Part shown: piece by piece, positions 56,816 through 64,000 of the stretch | How positions within the stretch are numbered: position 1 is the first letter of the stretch | Layout: the number at the start of each line of letters is the position of its first letter | Source of the DNA: Acetatifactor sp. | GTDB taxonomy: Bacteria; Bacillota; Clostridia; Lachnospirales; Lachnospiraceae | Length of the DNA: 64,000 nt | NCBI GenBank assembly: GCA_045542555.1 | Contig: JAZQLH010000029.1 | Span: forward strand, 122-64,121 | Reading direction: 5' to 3' | Made by a program: the position numbers and the translations under genes | Notes under the pieces: model-generated | Database searches by the model: none | Told to the model about the DNA's origin: nothing | The model's input: the letters and a program-made list of their open reading frames with translations, nothing else

Positions 56816-57736
56816 ATGCCACAACAAGACCGTCACAAAGAACGCATTATTCCCATTGAATTTGATTTTTACGATAAACTGGAGAGTCTGCCGGTGAAGG
56901 AACGTTGCTCTGTCGTTTTGCTTACCTGTGGCTCCGCCACCATCAAAATAAACAGCCACATTCGCAGACTGGATTCTCCCTGCGCACTGTGCCTGTCCCC
57001 ATATGATACCTTTGAACTCATTCAATGCGAAAATCTCAGTGCCAAGTCCTTTCACTTTGATCCCTGGTACATCAAGGCATGCCTTTGCTTTGACAATCTG
57101 GAAGATTCTGTGGAAATTGACCCGCAGTACACCTATGACCGCATTAAGCTTTACATGTTTACCAAGCATACGGACCACTTTCAGGGGATTATTACACTTA
57201 CCCCTCAAAGCTATATTCACATAAATGAGCTGATGTTGATGATTGGTGCAGAAACCTTTTCTCAAAGTGATGGCTTCTGGACCTGCAGAATCCGCAGAAT
57301 GCTCTTGCAGCTTTTGAACAGTCTTTATGATATTTTTGTGGACCAGCGGAAGCTGAAATTCTTTGAATCCGCAGAGAGCCACAATCCGGCCACCCTTTGC
57401 GCAGAGTACATTCACAATCACTATGCTGAAAATATTACTCTTGGCATGTTATGTGAGCTTGTGAATCTGAACCGAACCTCCTTAAATCAGAAATTTAAGG
57501 AACAATTTTCCTTTACCTGCATGGAATACCTGTTAAACTATCGATTAAAAATATCCCAGGAGCTTTTGTCCAATACCAATATGAAAATCCACGAAATTGC
57601 TGAGAACTGCGGTTTTAAGTACGATACCTATTTTATAAAGCAATTTACCCAAAAGCTTGGGATATCACCTGCCATGTATAGGAAAAATCCGCTGGGATAT
57701 TCAGCGTATGAAGGGAAGAAGATACGGAAATTGTAG
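56816..57736 (+). CDS. AraC-family transcriptional regulator
   Basis: C-terminal double HTH (LCELVNLNRTSLNQKFKEQF.., IHEIAENCGFKYDTYFIKQFTQKLGISPAMYRK). I prefer ATG 56816 (RBS AAAGGAG) to the track start at 56672. Confidence 0.85.
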   Translation: MPQQDRHKERIIPIEFDFYDKLESLPVKERCSVVLLTCGSATIKINSHIRRLDSPCALCLSPYDTFELIQCENLSAKSFHFDPWYIKACLCFDNLEDSVEIDPQYTYDRIKLYMFTKHTDHFQGIITLTPQSYIHINELMLMIGAETFSQSDGFWTCRIRRMLLQLLNSLYDIFVDQRKLKFFESAESHNPATLCAEYIHNHYAENITLGMLCELVNLNRTSLNQKFKEQFSFTCMEYLLNYRLKISQELLSNTNMKIHEIAENCGFKYDTYFIKQFTQKLGISPAMYRKNPLGYSAYEGKKIRKL

Positions 57737-57745
57737 AATGATTTC

Positions 57746-58012
57746 TTATTTTGTGTCGCCATAATGATATCTGCAAGCAAGGATATATACATTTTTTCCA
57801 TCAGTCTTGTATATAAGCCTATCTTTGTCATTAATACGCCTGCTCCAGAATCCGGCCAGATTCCCAATCAGTGGTTCTGGCTTTCCAATTCCTTCATTAC
57901 CGTTTCGGCAGATATCTTCAATCAGATTGTTTATTTTTCTTAGCGTCTTTCTATCCTCTGTCTGCCAGTAAATGTAGTCTTTCCATCCATTCTCGGTGAA
58001 TACTTTATTCAT
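57746..58012 (-). CDS. yoeB: YoeB/Txe-family toxin (mRNA interferase)
   Basis: FTENGWKDYIYWQTEDRKTLRKINNLIEDI..GIGKPEPL..LAGFWSRRI..DRLIY..ACRYHY. Confidence 0.9.
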   Translation of the reverse strand: MNKVFTENGWKDYIYWQTEDRKTLRKINNLIEDICRNGNEGIGKPEPLIGNLAGFWSRRINDKDRLIYKTDGKNVYILACRYHYGDTK

Positions 58013-58271
58013 CTGCTTCTACCTCTGCAAGATTATGTGTTGAGAAGTTTCCTTTTTCCAACTGTACCTTAGATTCCATTAACCAATCATAATTTGCCTT
58101 GTTATCCATTACATAAACATTTTCCATCAAATTATTGTAGGATTCCTCAGACATCATGACCACATTCTTGTTCTCTTTTCTTGTGACAATCATTGTTTCA
58201 TAGTCATCTGTAACTTTATCCATATAGGTTTTCATATTATCACGAAGATTTGTATAATTCACAGCTAACAT
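58005..58271 (-). CDS. yefM: YefM/Phd-family antitoxin
   Basis: NYTNLRDNMKTYMDKVTDDYETMIVTRKENKNVVMMSEESYNSLMEN-like sequence. An 8-nt overlap with yoeB. Confidence 0.9.
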   Translation of the reverse strand: MLAVNYTNLRDNMKTYMDKVTDDYETMIVTRKENKNVVMMSEESYNNLMENVYVMDNKANYDWLMESKVQLEKGNFSTHNLAEVEADE

Positions 58272-58290
58272 AATATTCGCCTCCCAATAA

Positions 58291-58338
58291 ACGTACGGTT
58301 TTCTGTACTTTTATTATAACGTACAGTTTTTTGTACGT
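58291..58338. promoter_or_regulatory. Putative YefM-YoeB operator: two GTAC-core palindromes upstream of yefM
   Basis: ACGTACA-gttttt-TGTACGT (58319-58338, perfect 7-bp inverted repeat) and ACGTAC-ggttttc-TGTAC (58291-58308). Confidence 0.6.
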
Positions 58339-58455
58339 CAAGTAATCATAATATTATATGCATTTTATTAGGCTTTCATTTTTCTAATTTGAAAGATTGG
58401 ATATATGATTTATTTGATTTTTATATAGAATTGATAAATCAGTAAAAATGACTTT

Positions 58456-58493
58456 AAAACCCTATTCATTGGTGAAATTGAATAGGGTTTTTT
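58456..58493. terminator. Bidirectional terminator hairpin
   Basis: AAAACCCTATTCA-ttggtgaaat-TGAATAGGGTTTT. Confidence 0.7.
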
Positions 58494-58501
58494 AAACATA
58501 C

Positions 58502-58927
58502 TCATGAACAATACTTATTATAGCAGACCTCTGCCTCATCCGGCGACAATGAAAAAATCTTTGTAAGCTTTGCAATAATACGGTCTTTAGGGACATTTTC
58601 CTCCACATTATCTAAAATATAAGCTTCTATACCCTGACTAAGACCCTCTGCACGACCCTCTGCACGACCCTCTGCACGACCCTCTGCCAGACCTTCTGCG
58701 TGACCTTCCTTGCGTGCTTCTTCTCGCACTTCTTCTCGAATATAATCTTTAAGACCCTCTGCACTCTGCCAAAATATCATATATTTTAAAGACACCTCCT
58801 CGTCATGCTTCACATGCTCCACCATGTTATGAATTTCCTGTAAAAACTCACTGGTTACATTTTCCTTGGAACTGTCCTCCATATAAGTAAGAAGCTGCTT
58901 AATTTCTTCGGTACGTACATGATTCAT
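58502..58927 (-). CDS. Rpn/transposase_31-family C-terminal-only protein (lacks the PD-(D/E)XK nuclease part; possible remnant)
   Basis: 141 aa with own RBS AAGGAGG. EG-repeat tract GHAEGLAEGRAEGRAEGRAEGLSQG is followed by a helical tail, as in C-termini of Rpn-type putative transposases. Confidence 0.4.
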   Translation of the reverse strand: MNHVRTEEIKQLLTYMEDSSKENVTSEFLQEIHNMVEHVKHDEEVSLKYMIFWQSAEGLKDYIREEVREEARKEGHAEGLAEGRAEGRAEGRAEGLSQGIEAYILDNVEENVPKDRIIAKLTKIFSLSPDEAEVCYNKYCS

Positions 58928-59100
58928 ATTTCCTCCTTTTTCGTAGGCGAAATAAAGAAGAAATATACAATAATCCTGTTACTGTTACTCTTCCTGTGCA
59001 ACTTCGCCATATTCAAATATAATTTATGGGAATTTGCAACCGAATGGTCTAGACAGTCCCAGATTTGTTATGTTTAACATATCATATCAGACGCATCGTG

Positions 59101-60444
59101 TCAATATTGTTTTTTAATTTTTTTCCACGTCCTCACCAGCATAACTGCTGCCAGTACTGCCACAAGCACCGATGTGCCAAACATATTCAACCACAGCCCG
59201 TTTAATCCAAAGGGCCAAAACGCCACAATGACAATCAGTGGAAATACAAGCGCACTTGTGACGGAGAGAATAGAAGCCTGCAAGGGTTTTTCAATTGCGC
59301 TGTAAAATCCTTGGGCACAAAAACTAAACCACCGAATCAAGTAAGCAATACAGAAAATTTTCAGTGCATCTTTGGCCATCACTAAAAGCTCCGGCTCATT
59401 TACATCCACAAAAAGAGAGGCCAAAGGCTTAGACAGAAAATACATAACTGCCGTACCGATACAGGAAACAACCGCACTTGCTGCAAACACGCATTTAGCA
59501 ATACCCTTGACGCGGTCATAGGCCTTGGCACCCCAATTAAATCCAATGGCAGGCTGTAAAGAATCATTCATACCATACAAAAAGGGCTGAATAATATCAC
59601 TTGCATACATGAGCACGCCGTAAGTAGCCACTGCCATCTCACCGCCCACTCTCAAAAGCACCACATTCATCACAACTGACGTAAGACGACCTGCCATATT
59701 GTTAAGAAATGTAGGTGAACCGCACGCCACAATTTTTCTGATTACTTCACCGGAAAACCGGGGCCTGCAGAATTTTAACAACGCTTTTCCCCGCACAAAA
59801 GGTATCATTGCAAGTAACGCACAAAAAGACATGGAAGCGCAAACGGCCAGCGCCGAACCTACCACACCCTTTTGCAATATCACTACAAAAACAAACAACA
59901 GCACAATATTGAGAACTGACATCAGGATATTTAAAAGCATACTGCTTCGGATAAAGCCGCTGATTCTAAGAAAATTATCCATAGCAAATACCAGCGTAAT
60001 AAAAGGTCCGCACAAAGCATAGGTACGAATATATTTTACCGCCAGCACAGCTACTTCACCCTCTGCTCCCATCCATCGTATGATTATGGGAGATGCAAAA
60101 AACATAAAAATTCCCATCAAAAGTGCGGCCAGAAAAATCAAAATAAGGGAACAGGAAAAAATATTATTCGCCCTCTTCTCATTTTTCTCACCTAAGGATA
60201 TGGAAATAGGTACGGAGGAACCCACACCAATCATATCTGCCAGGGAAAAATTAATTAACACCAATGGCATGGCAAGATTCACCGCAGCAAAAGCCGTACC
60301 ACCCACATAACGCCCAATAAAGCTACCTTCCAAAATGCTGTAAGCCGATGCCGCAAACATGCTGACCATGCCGGGAATCGCTGCTATGAAAAATAACTTA
60401 ACAGGTGATGTTTTTGTAAACAAAGTCTTTGAGTCCATACTCAT
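59101..60444 (-). CDS. MATE-family efflux transporter (third copy)
   Basis: 447 aa with a 12-TM pattern. Confidence 0.85.
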   Translation of the reverse strand: MSMDSKTLFTKTSPVKLFFIAAIPGMVSMFAASAYSILEGSFIGRYVGGTAFAAVNLAMPLVLINFSLADMIGVGSSVPISISLGEKNEKRANNIFSCSLILIFLAALLMGIFMFFASPIIIRWMGAEGEVAVLAVKYIRTYALCGPFITLVFAMDNFLRISGFIRSSMLLNILMSVLNIVLLFVFVVILQKGVVGSALAVCASMSFCALLAMIPFVRGKALLKFCRPRFSGEVIRKIVACGSPTFLNNMAGRLTSVVMNVVLLRVGGEMAVATYGVLMYASDIIQPFLYGMNDSLQPAIGFNWGAKAYDRVKGIAKCVFAASAVVSCIGTAVMYFLSKPLASLFVDVNEPELLVMAKDALKIFCIAYLIRWFSFCAQGFYSAIEKPLQASILSVTSALVFPLIVIVAFWPFGLNGLWLNMFGTSVLVAVLAAVMLVRTWKKIKKQY

Positions 60445-60570
60445 TTATCTGAAATACTCCTTTTCCCAAGTATTCTTAACTATATAAAGACGAGTCTGTA
60501 TTATAGTCCGAATTTATATCATTGTCAATAGAAACAGCCGGGCTACACACCCGACTGCTTCATCATTCCC

Positions 60571-60876
60571 TTATATGTTAATCGCTATTCTCATACATGT
60601 ATCCACCACAGCAATTCCCATAGTAAAAAAGGTCATCATCACCATCAAAAATACTGCTGCCTTATCATACACAATCCGCTTTTTTATAAAATTGGAAAGT
60701 AAAATTTCCAGTCCTAATGTAATCAGCATAACAGGCCAAAGGGAGAAAATAAAATCATAGCTTACCAGATGACCTAAGGTATGCAATAAAAACAATATTC
60801 CAAAACCCATCATGCTAAGGCCTGCCGTAATAGAACCCACCCGATGGGTATGAATTGTTTGTATATTATTCTCCAT
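60571..60876 (-). CDS. Small membrane protein (last gene of the ECF sigma operon)
   Basis: 3-4 TM segments. I prefer ATG 60876 (RBS GGAGGAG). Confidence 0.5.
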   Translation of the reverse strand: MENNIQTIHTHRVGSITAGLSMMGFGILFLLHTLGHLVSYDFIFSLWPVMLITLGLEILLSNFIKKRIVYDKAAVFLMVMMTFFTMGIAVVDTCMRIAINI

Positions 60877-61390
60877 CGAGCTCCTCCTTCTTACCTTGTA
60901 TGAGCTTGATACCAAGAATAATAATTATAATGGCAATCACCAACTGAGGAATAGTGTCAATTAACGGAGCCAGTTGATTCCACAAATGTTCCGGTATCAT
61001 CCAATATATTACAGAAGATAAATTCTCCCACAGCATGACTACACCAAGTGTAATAAGAATGTAGGCACCCCATTTTTTTAGTGTAGGATTAGAAACCGAA
61101 ATCTGCTTTCCCTCCAAAAATTCTGTCCAAACATACTCATCCGTCAATATCTGAAACTGCTCAATAGGACAAGTAGACAAGCTTCTCGCATGAAAAAAGC
61201 TGTAAAACCAGATTAAAATGCCTACAAAAGAAAATGCATCACTAAGCCTTAAAACGGAAGGAATCAAAATACTTGCAAAAAACAGTGCCATCAGGCTGAC
61301 TCCGTTTTTCATAAATCCCATATACATCTCCGCCGCTCCGGGCATAAAAGAAAATACAAATCTAAAAAAACCATTCTTTTTTTGTCTCAT
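60866..61390 (-). CDS. Membrane protein (ECF sigma operon)
   Basis: I prefer ATG 61390 (RBS GGAGGA), 2 nt after the anti-sigma stop. Several TM segments. Confidence 0.55.
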   Translation of the reverse strand: MRQKKNGFFRFVFSFMPGAAEMYMGFMKNGVSLMALFFASILIPSVLRLSDAFSFVGILIWFYSFFHARSLSTCPIEQFQILTDEYVWTEFLEGKQISVSNPTLKKWGAYILITLGVVMLWENLSSVIYWMIPEHLWNQLAPLIDTIPQLVIAIIIIILGIKLIQGKKEELDGE

Positions 61391-61391
61391 T

Positions 61392-61802
61392 TTATCGTCC
61401 TCCATTTCTTCCGGTAAAAATACCCAATTCTCTCTCACCACTGAAAATATTCGTTCCACCAAATTTCTCTGTAAAGTAACCTTGATTATTTAGAAACTCC
61501 TCCCTGGTAGCAAACCTGCTCTCCTTGCCAGAGCATTCTCGTTCCGGTTCTTGTAATGTCAAATTTTCAGACATAGACGGCAAAGCAAAAACTAAAATAA
61601 CTGCTGCTGCCACCGATGCACATACCTTCAGACAATACATCCTAAATTCTCGTATATTACTTTTTGGTTTGGTTACCAAATCCACCCGTTTTAAAATCTC
61701 TTCCAACATATCAGGAGGTGCCAAAACCAGCTCTTTTTGTTCCACGTCTGCAATCAACAGCTCCAATTCTTCATCCGACAAATAATTCCTATTCTGTGTC
61801 AT
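61392..61802 (-). CDS. Putative anti-sigma factor (single-pass membrane protein)
   Basis: 136 aa with a cytoplasmic N-terminus and one TM segment (VCASVAAAVILVFALP). A 4-nt overlap with the sigma factor gene. Confidence 0.6.
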   Translation of the reverse strand: MTQNRNYLSDEELELLIADVEQKELVLAPPDMLEEILKRVDLVTKPKSNIREFRMYCLKVCASVAAAVILVFALPSMSENLTLQEPERECSGKESRFATREEFLNNQGYFTEKFGGTNIFSGERELGIFTGRNGGR

Positions 61803-62365
61803 TCTATCAGCATCTCCTTTCTAAAAGATTTCTTCAACATATCTTTAGCCCGGTAAATTTGTGTCTTCACCGTATTTAAGCCAACTCCCGACTGCCTTGC
61901 AATTTCTCCGGCAGGTTTCCCCTCCAGAAAATGTTCTCTGGCAATCCGGTCATAGGGCGGTGATAAGGCTTTACAACTTTTTTCCAATTCCCTCAGAACT
62001 TCATGGTTCATTGTCTGCTTAAGGGGGTCATCTTTTTGTATCAAAGCTTCCGTCGGCATATCCTCTTCCAGAGTAGGAACCTGACGTCTGGCCGCTTCCC
62101 TGCAATAATCAATACTTTTATTGCTTGCAATTCTGCAAAGCCATGCCTTTTCAGCCTGTCCATTAAATTCTTCCCAGTGCTTATAAGCAGAAAGAAAGGT
62201 CTCTTGCGTCAGATCCTCCGACGCAAAATAATCACCGGTGATTTTCAGACAGATGGAAAAAATCAAATTCTGATACTGATTCACAAGCCTTGTTAAATTT
62301 TCTTTCGAATCGATTTTTTCCACCTCCCTTCTGCTTTCAATAGATATAACGTAACACAATTTCAA
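61799..62365 (-). CDS. ECF-type RNA polymerase sigma-70 factor
   Basis: Region 2 reads DLTQETFLSAYKHWEEF..WLCRIASNKSIDY. Region 4 HTH reads GKPAGEIARQSGVGLNTVKTQIYRAK. The start codon is uncertain. Confidence 0.85.
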   Translation of the reverse strand: MKLCYVISIESRREVEKIDSKENLTRLVNQYQNLIFSICLKITGDYFASEDLTQETFLSAYKHWEEFNGQAEKAWLCRIASNKSIDYCREAARRQVPTLEEDMPTEALIQKDDPLKQTMNHEVLRELEKSCKALSPPYDRIAREHFLEGKPAGEIARQSGVGLNTVKTQIYRAKDMLKKSFRKEMLIE

Positions 62366-62428
62366 AAAGATTCAAAAAAATAAAAAACCGAAAACCTTTG
62401 GCTCTTCAAAGATTTCCGGCATTGTATC

Positions 62429-62503
62429 TGGCACCGCCTGGGGGAATCGAACCCTCAACTAGCCCTTAGGAGGGGCTTGTTATATCCATTTAACTAAGGC
62501 GGC
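62429..62503 (-). tRNA. tRNA-Arg (anticodon CCU), CCA encoded
   Basis: Hand fold: acceptor GCCGCCT/AGGCGGT (G1.U72), D-stem GTTA/TAAC, anticodon stem AGCCC/GGGCT with loop CTCCTAA, T-arm GAGGG-TTCGATT-CCCCC (one A.C mismatch), then G-CCA. Confidence 0.8.
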
Positions 62504-62512
62504 ATTTAGGTT

Positions 62513-63409
62513 TTAGAGCTCCTCCGGGAAATTAATATATCCCTGAAGCCAGATGACACCCTTGAAGCGTCGGCCTACCTGAGGTTCTCCAAACAAATCT
62601 ATTATATTGATACAAACGTCAAATGTCAATTCATTACAGGTAATTGTAAGAACATAAATTTCTTCCCCTGTAATTTGGTTCCTGGTGCGATGAACATTTT
62701 CAATCTCCCCCAAAACAGAGTATTGGTCACATTCCACACCATAAGGCATAAAGTAAGTATCCACCAGACTAAACACATCTTCCTTATGAATTCTGCGGGA
62801 AATGGTAGTATACATATCCATCTCTTCCAAAGTCAATGTTTCGATGGCATCCTCGTCACCCTTTCTGGCAGCGGCAATCAAATTACTACGGTTCTGAGAA
62901 TCCTTTTTTACCTTCTCTTTCTGCATCTCATCTTTCATAATGGGCAACATGATTGTACCACTGGTAGAAAGTGCAGAGAGTGTCAATGTCGTTCCCCGAA
63001 TGGGAAGCTTACCCAAAGACTGGGCCTTTACATAAGGAATCATATTTCTCAAATAAAAAATCAGAGAAATGCCCACTTTCACATCGTCACAAACTCCCGC
63101 ATAGGAATATTTTGCGGCATGACGCTCCACCGACACATCCTCGTAGGAAGTAATACCGGTGCCCTCCAAATAAGGGTAATAATAATCATAAATAAATTTA
63201 TCATCGTCATCGAACTCGCCACACACCGCAATGCCCATGTTTCCGGCAAAATTTTTGCGAAATTCTCCCAACATCACGTCTTCATTATTGGTAGTATACG
63301 CTCTGGTGTCCGAATTCATAACAACTTCCGTCAGAAGCTCTTTGGTCTTCTTGCGGTCAGTCAAAGAACTAAAGCCGATGGCTCGAAGATATCTATGCAA
63401 AAATTTCAC
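62513..63409 (-). CDS. Conserved hypothetical protein (DUF3881-like)
   Basis: 298 aa. The N-terminus MKFLHRYLRAIGFS.. resembles Clostridial DUF3881 proteins as I recall them. That is a weak basis. Confidence 0.4.
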   Translation of the reverse strand: MKFLHRYLRAIGFSSLTDRKKTKELLTEVVMNSDTRAYTTNNEDVMLGEFRKNFAGNMGIAVCGEFDDDDKFIYDYYYPYLEGTGITSYEDVSVERHAAKYSYAGVCDDVKVGISLIFYLRNMIPYVKAQSLGKLPIRGTTLTLSALSTSGTIMLPIMKDEMQKEKVKKDSQNRSNLIAAARKGDEDAIETLTLEEMDMYTTISRRIHKEDVFSLVDTYFMPYGVECDQYSVLGEIENVHRTRNQITGEEIYVLTITCNELTFDVCINIIDLFGEPQVGRRFKGVIWLQGYINFPEEL

Positions 63410-63435
63410 CTTCTTTCTTGGTTCATTTCACAAAA

Positions 63436-64000
63436 TTATTTCTCACGGACATTTACAAAATACTTACTATAATCCTCCGGATTAACCACTACTTCAATGG
63501 TATCTCCTACCTGATACATGGAAGGAATGTCGCTCCACAAATTTTCACTCTGAAAAGTATAACTACCATAAGAGCAAACAATTCGATAAGGATGCACATC
63601 ATTAAAGGAAAAAGAAGTATTTAAATCAATAGATTGTATTAAGGCATAAATTGTATTACCCTTTGATAGCAAACTTTTCTTTTTCACATTGTTGGCCAGA
63701 GATTTTGAAGCAGGCACGGCACCTATCAGGAAAAATATGAGACCAAAAGCAATTAACATTGCTCCACTTGAATCAAAAGCTTCCTTTTGCTTAATCTTTC
63801 TGGGATTTTCCGGATCACAAAGAATATCTATTGTAATTCCTTCCCGCATACTGCTCTTATAGTGACCAAAACTAACATGCTCATAAGTAACATCATCAAA
63901 TGTGTAGGTTACATATACATCATGTCTTGTTACATAATCTCCGTCAGAATCTTTTTCTCTATAGGTATCTATTTCTACAATTTCAGCTTTTATTGTCTCT
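63436..64000 (-). CDS. DUF3592-like membrane protein, partial (N-terminus beyond window end)
   Basis: The reading frame stays open upstream of the track Met (63849) to nt 64000 (..ETIKAEIVEIDTYREKDSDGDYVTRHDVYVTYTFDDVTYEHVSFGHYKSSMREG..). Two beta-rich units are separated by a TM segment. Confidence 0.55.
   Translation of the reverse strand, partial: ETIKAEIVEIDTYREKDSDGDYVTRHDVYVTYTFDDVTYEHVSFGHYKSSMREGITIDILCDPENPRKIKQKEAFDSSGAMLIAFGLIFFLIGAVPASKSLANNVKKKSLLSKGNTIYALIQSIDLNTSFSFNDVHPYRIVCSYGSYTFQSENLWSDIPSMYQVGDTIEVVVNPEDYSKYFVNVREK

Noticed and set aside
56747-57421. 224-aa minus-strand ORF, and the 48-codon N-terminal extension of the AraC ORF (56672-56815)
   Set aside because: The minus-strand ORF is antisense to the AraC gene. 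The extension lacks an RBS, whereas ATG 56816 is preceded by AAAGGAG.
58642-58713. 12-nt tandem repeat as a possible CRISPR or phase-variation locus
   Set aside because: There are no spacers. The repeat is in frame inside an ORF, where it encodes AEGR units. Slippage is possible but unproven.
62675-63472. 265-aa plus-strand ORF
   Set aside because: It is antisense to the 298-aa minus-strand gene, which has a proper RBS and gene context. The sequence is low in information content.

Overview
This is a chromosomal window from an anaerobic, spore-former-type Firmicute. Gene content suggests Clostridia, possibly Lachnospiraceae, but that is inference only. There are about 60 genes, nearly all on the minus strand.

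Core blocks:
- Conserved division/sporulation synteny mazG, yabO-like S4, yabP, yabQ, divIC, spoIIE-like, tilS, hpt, ftsH (20.2-29.1 kb).
- HU, the CCA-adding enzyme, and an ApbE/NusG_II/Gx trio.
- A fused 2-oxoacid:ferredoxin oxidoreductase with rubredoxin and a flavodiiron protein.
- A hybrid histidine kinase, an ABC exporter pair with an AraC regulator, and three MATE exporters.
- Two GT39/ArnT-like glycosyltransferases, a GH13 enzyme and an ECF sigma operon.
- tRNA-Leu(UAA), tRNA-Tyr(GUA) and tRNA-Arg(CCU).

Accessory or unusual content:
1. A 4.9-kb tyrosine-integrase islet sits in the 3' end of tRNA-Leu. It is bounded by a perfect 25-bp direct repeat and carries AT-rich cargo, including a 510-aa HNH-nuclease fusion protein.
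2. A gene of at least 1508 aa is missing from the ORF track because it runs off the window edge. It encodes about 17 Sel1 repeats plus three tandem CbxX/SpoVK-type AAA+ modules. It lies downstream of a secreted protein and a polytopic membrane protein, divergent from an XRE regulator.
3. A family of long intergenic hairpin elements (26.5, 39.3 and 48.5 kb) shares an apical motif and shows compensatory stem changes.
4. A YefM-YoeB toxin-antitoxin pair has GTAC operator palindromes and sits next to an Rpn-like gene fragment.

I saw no CRISPR array, rRNA, transposase or prophage structural genes.
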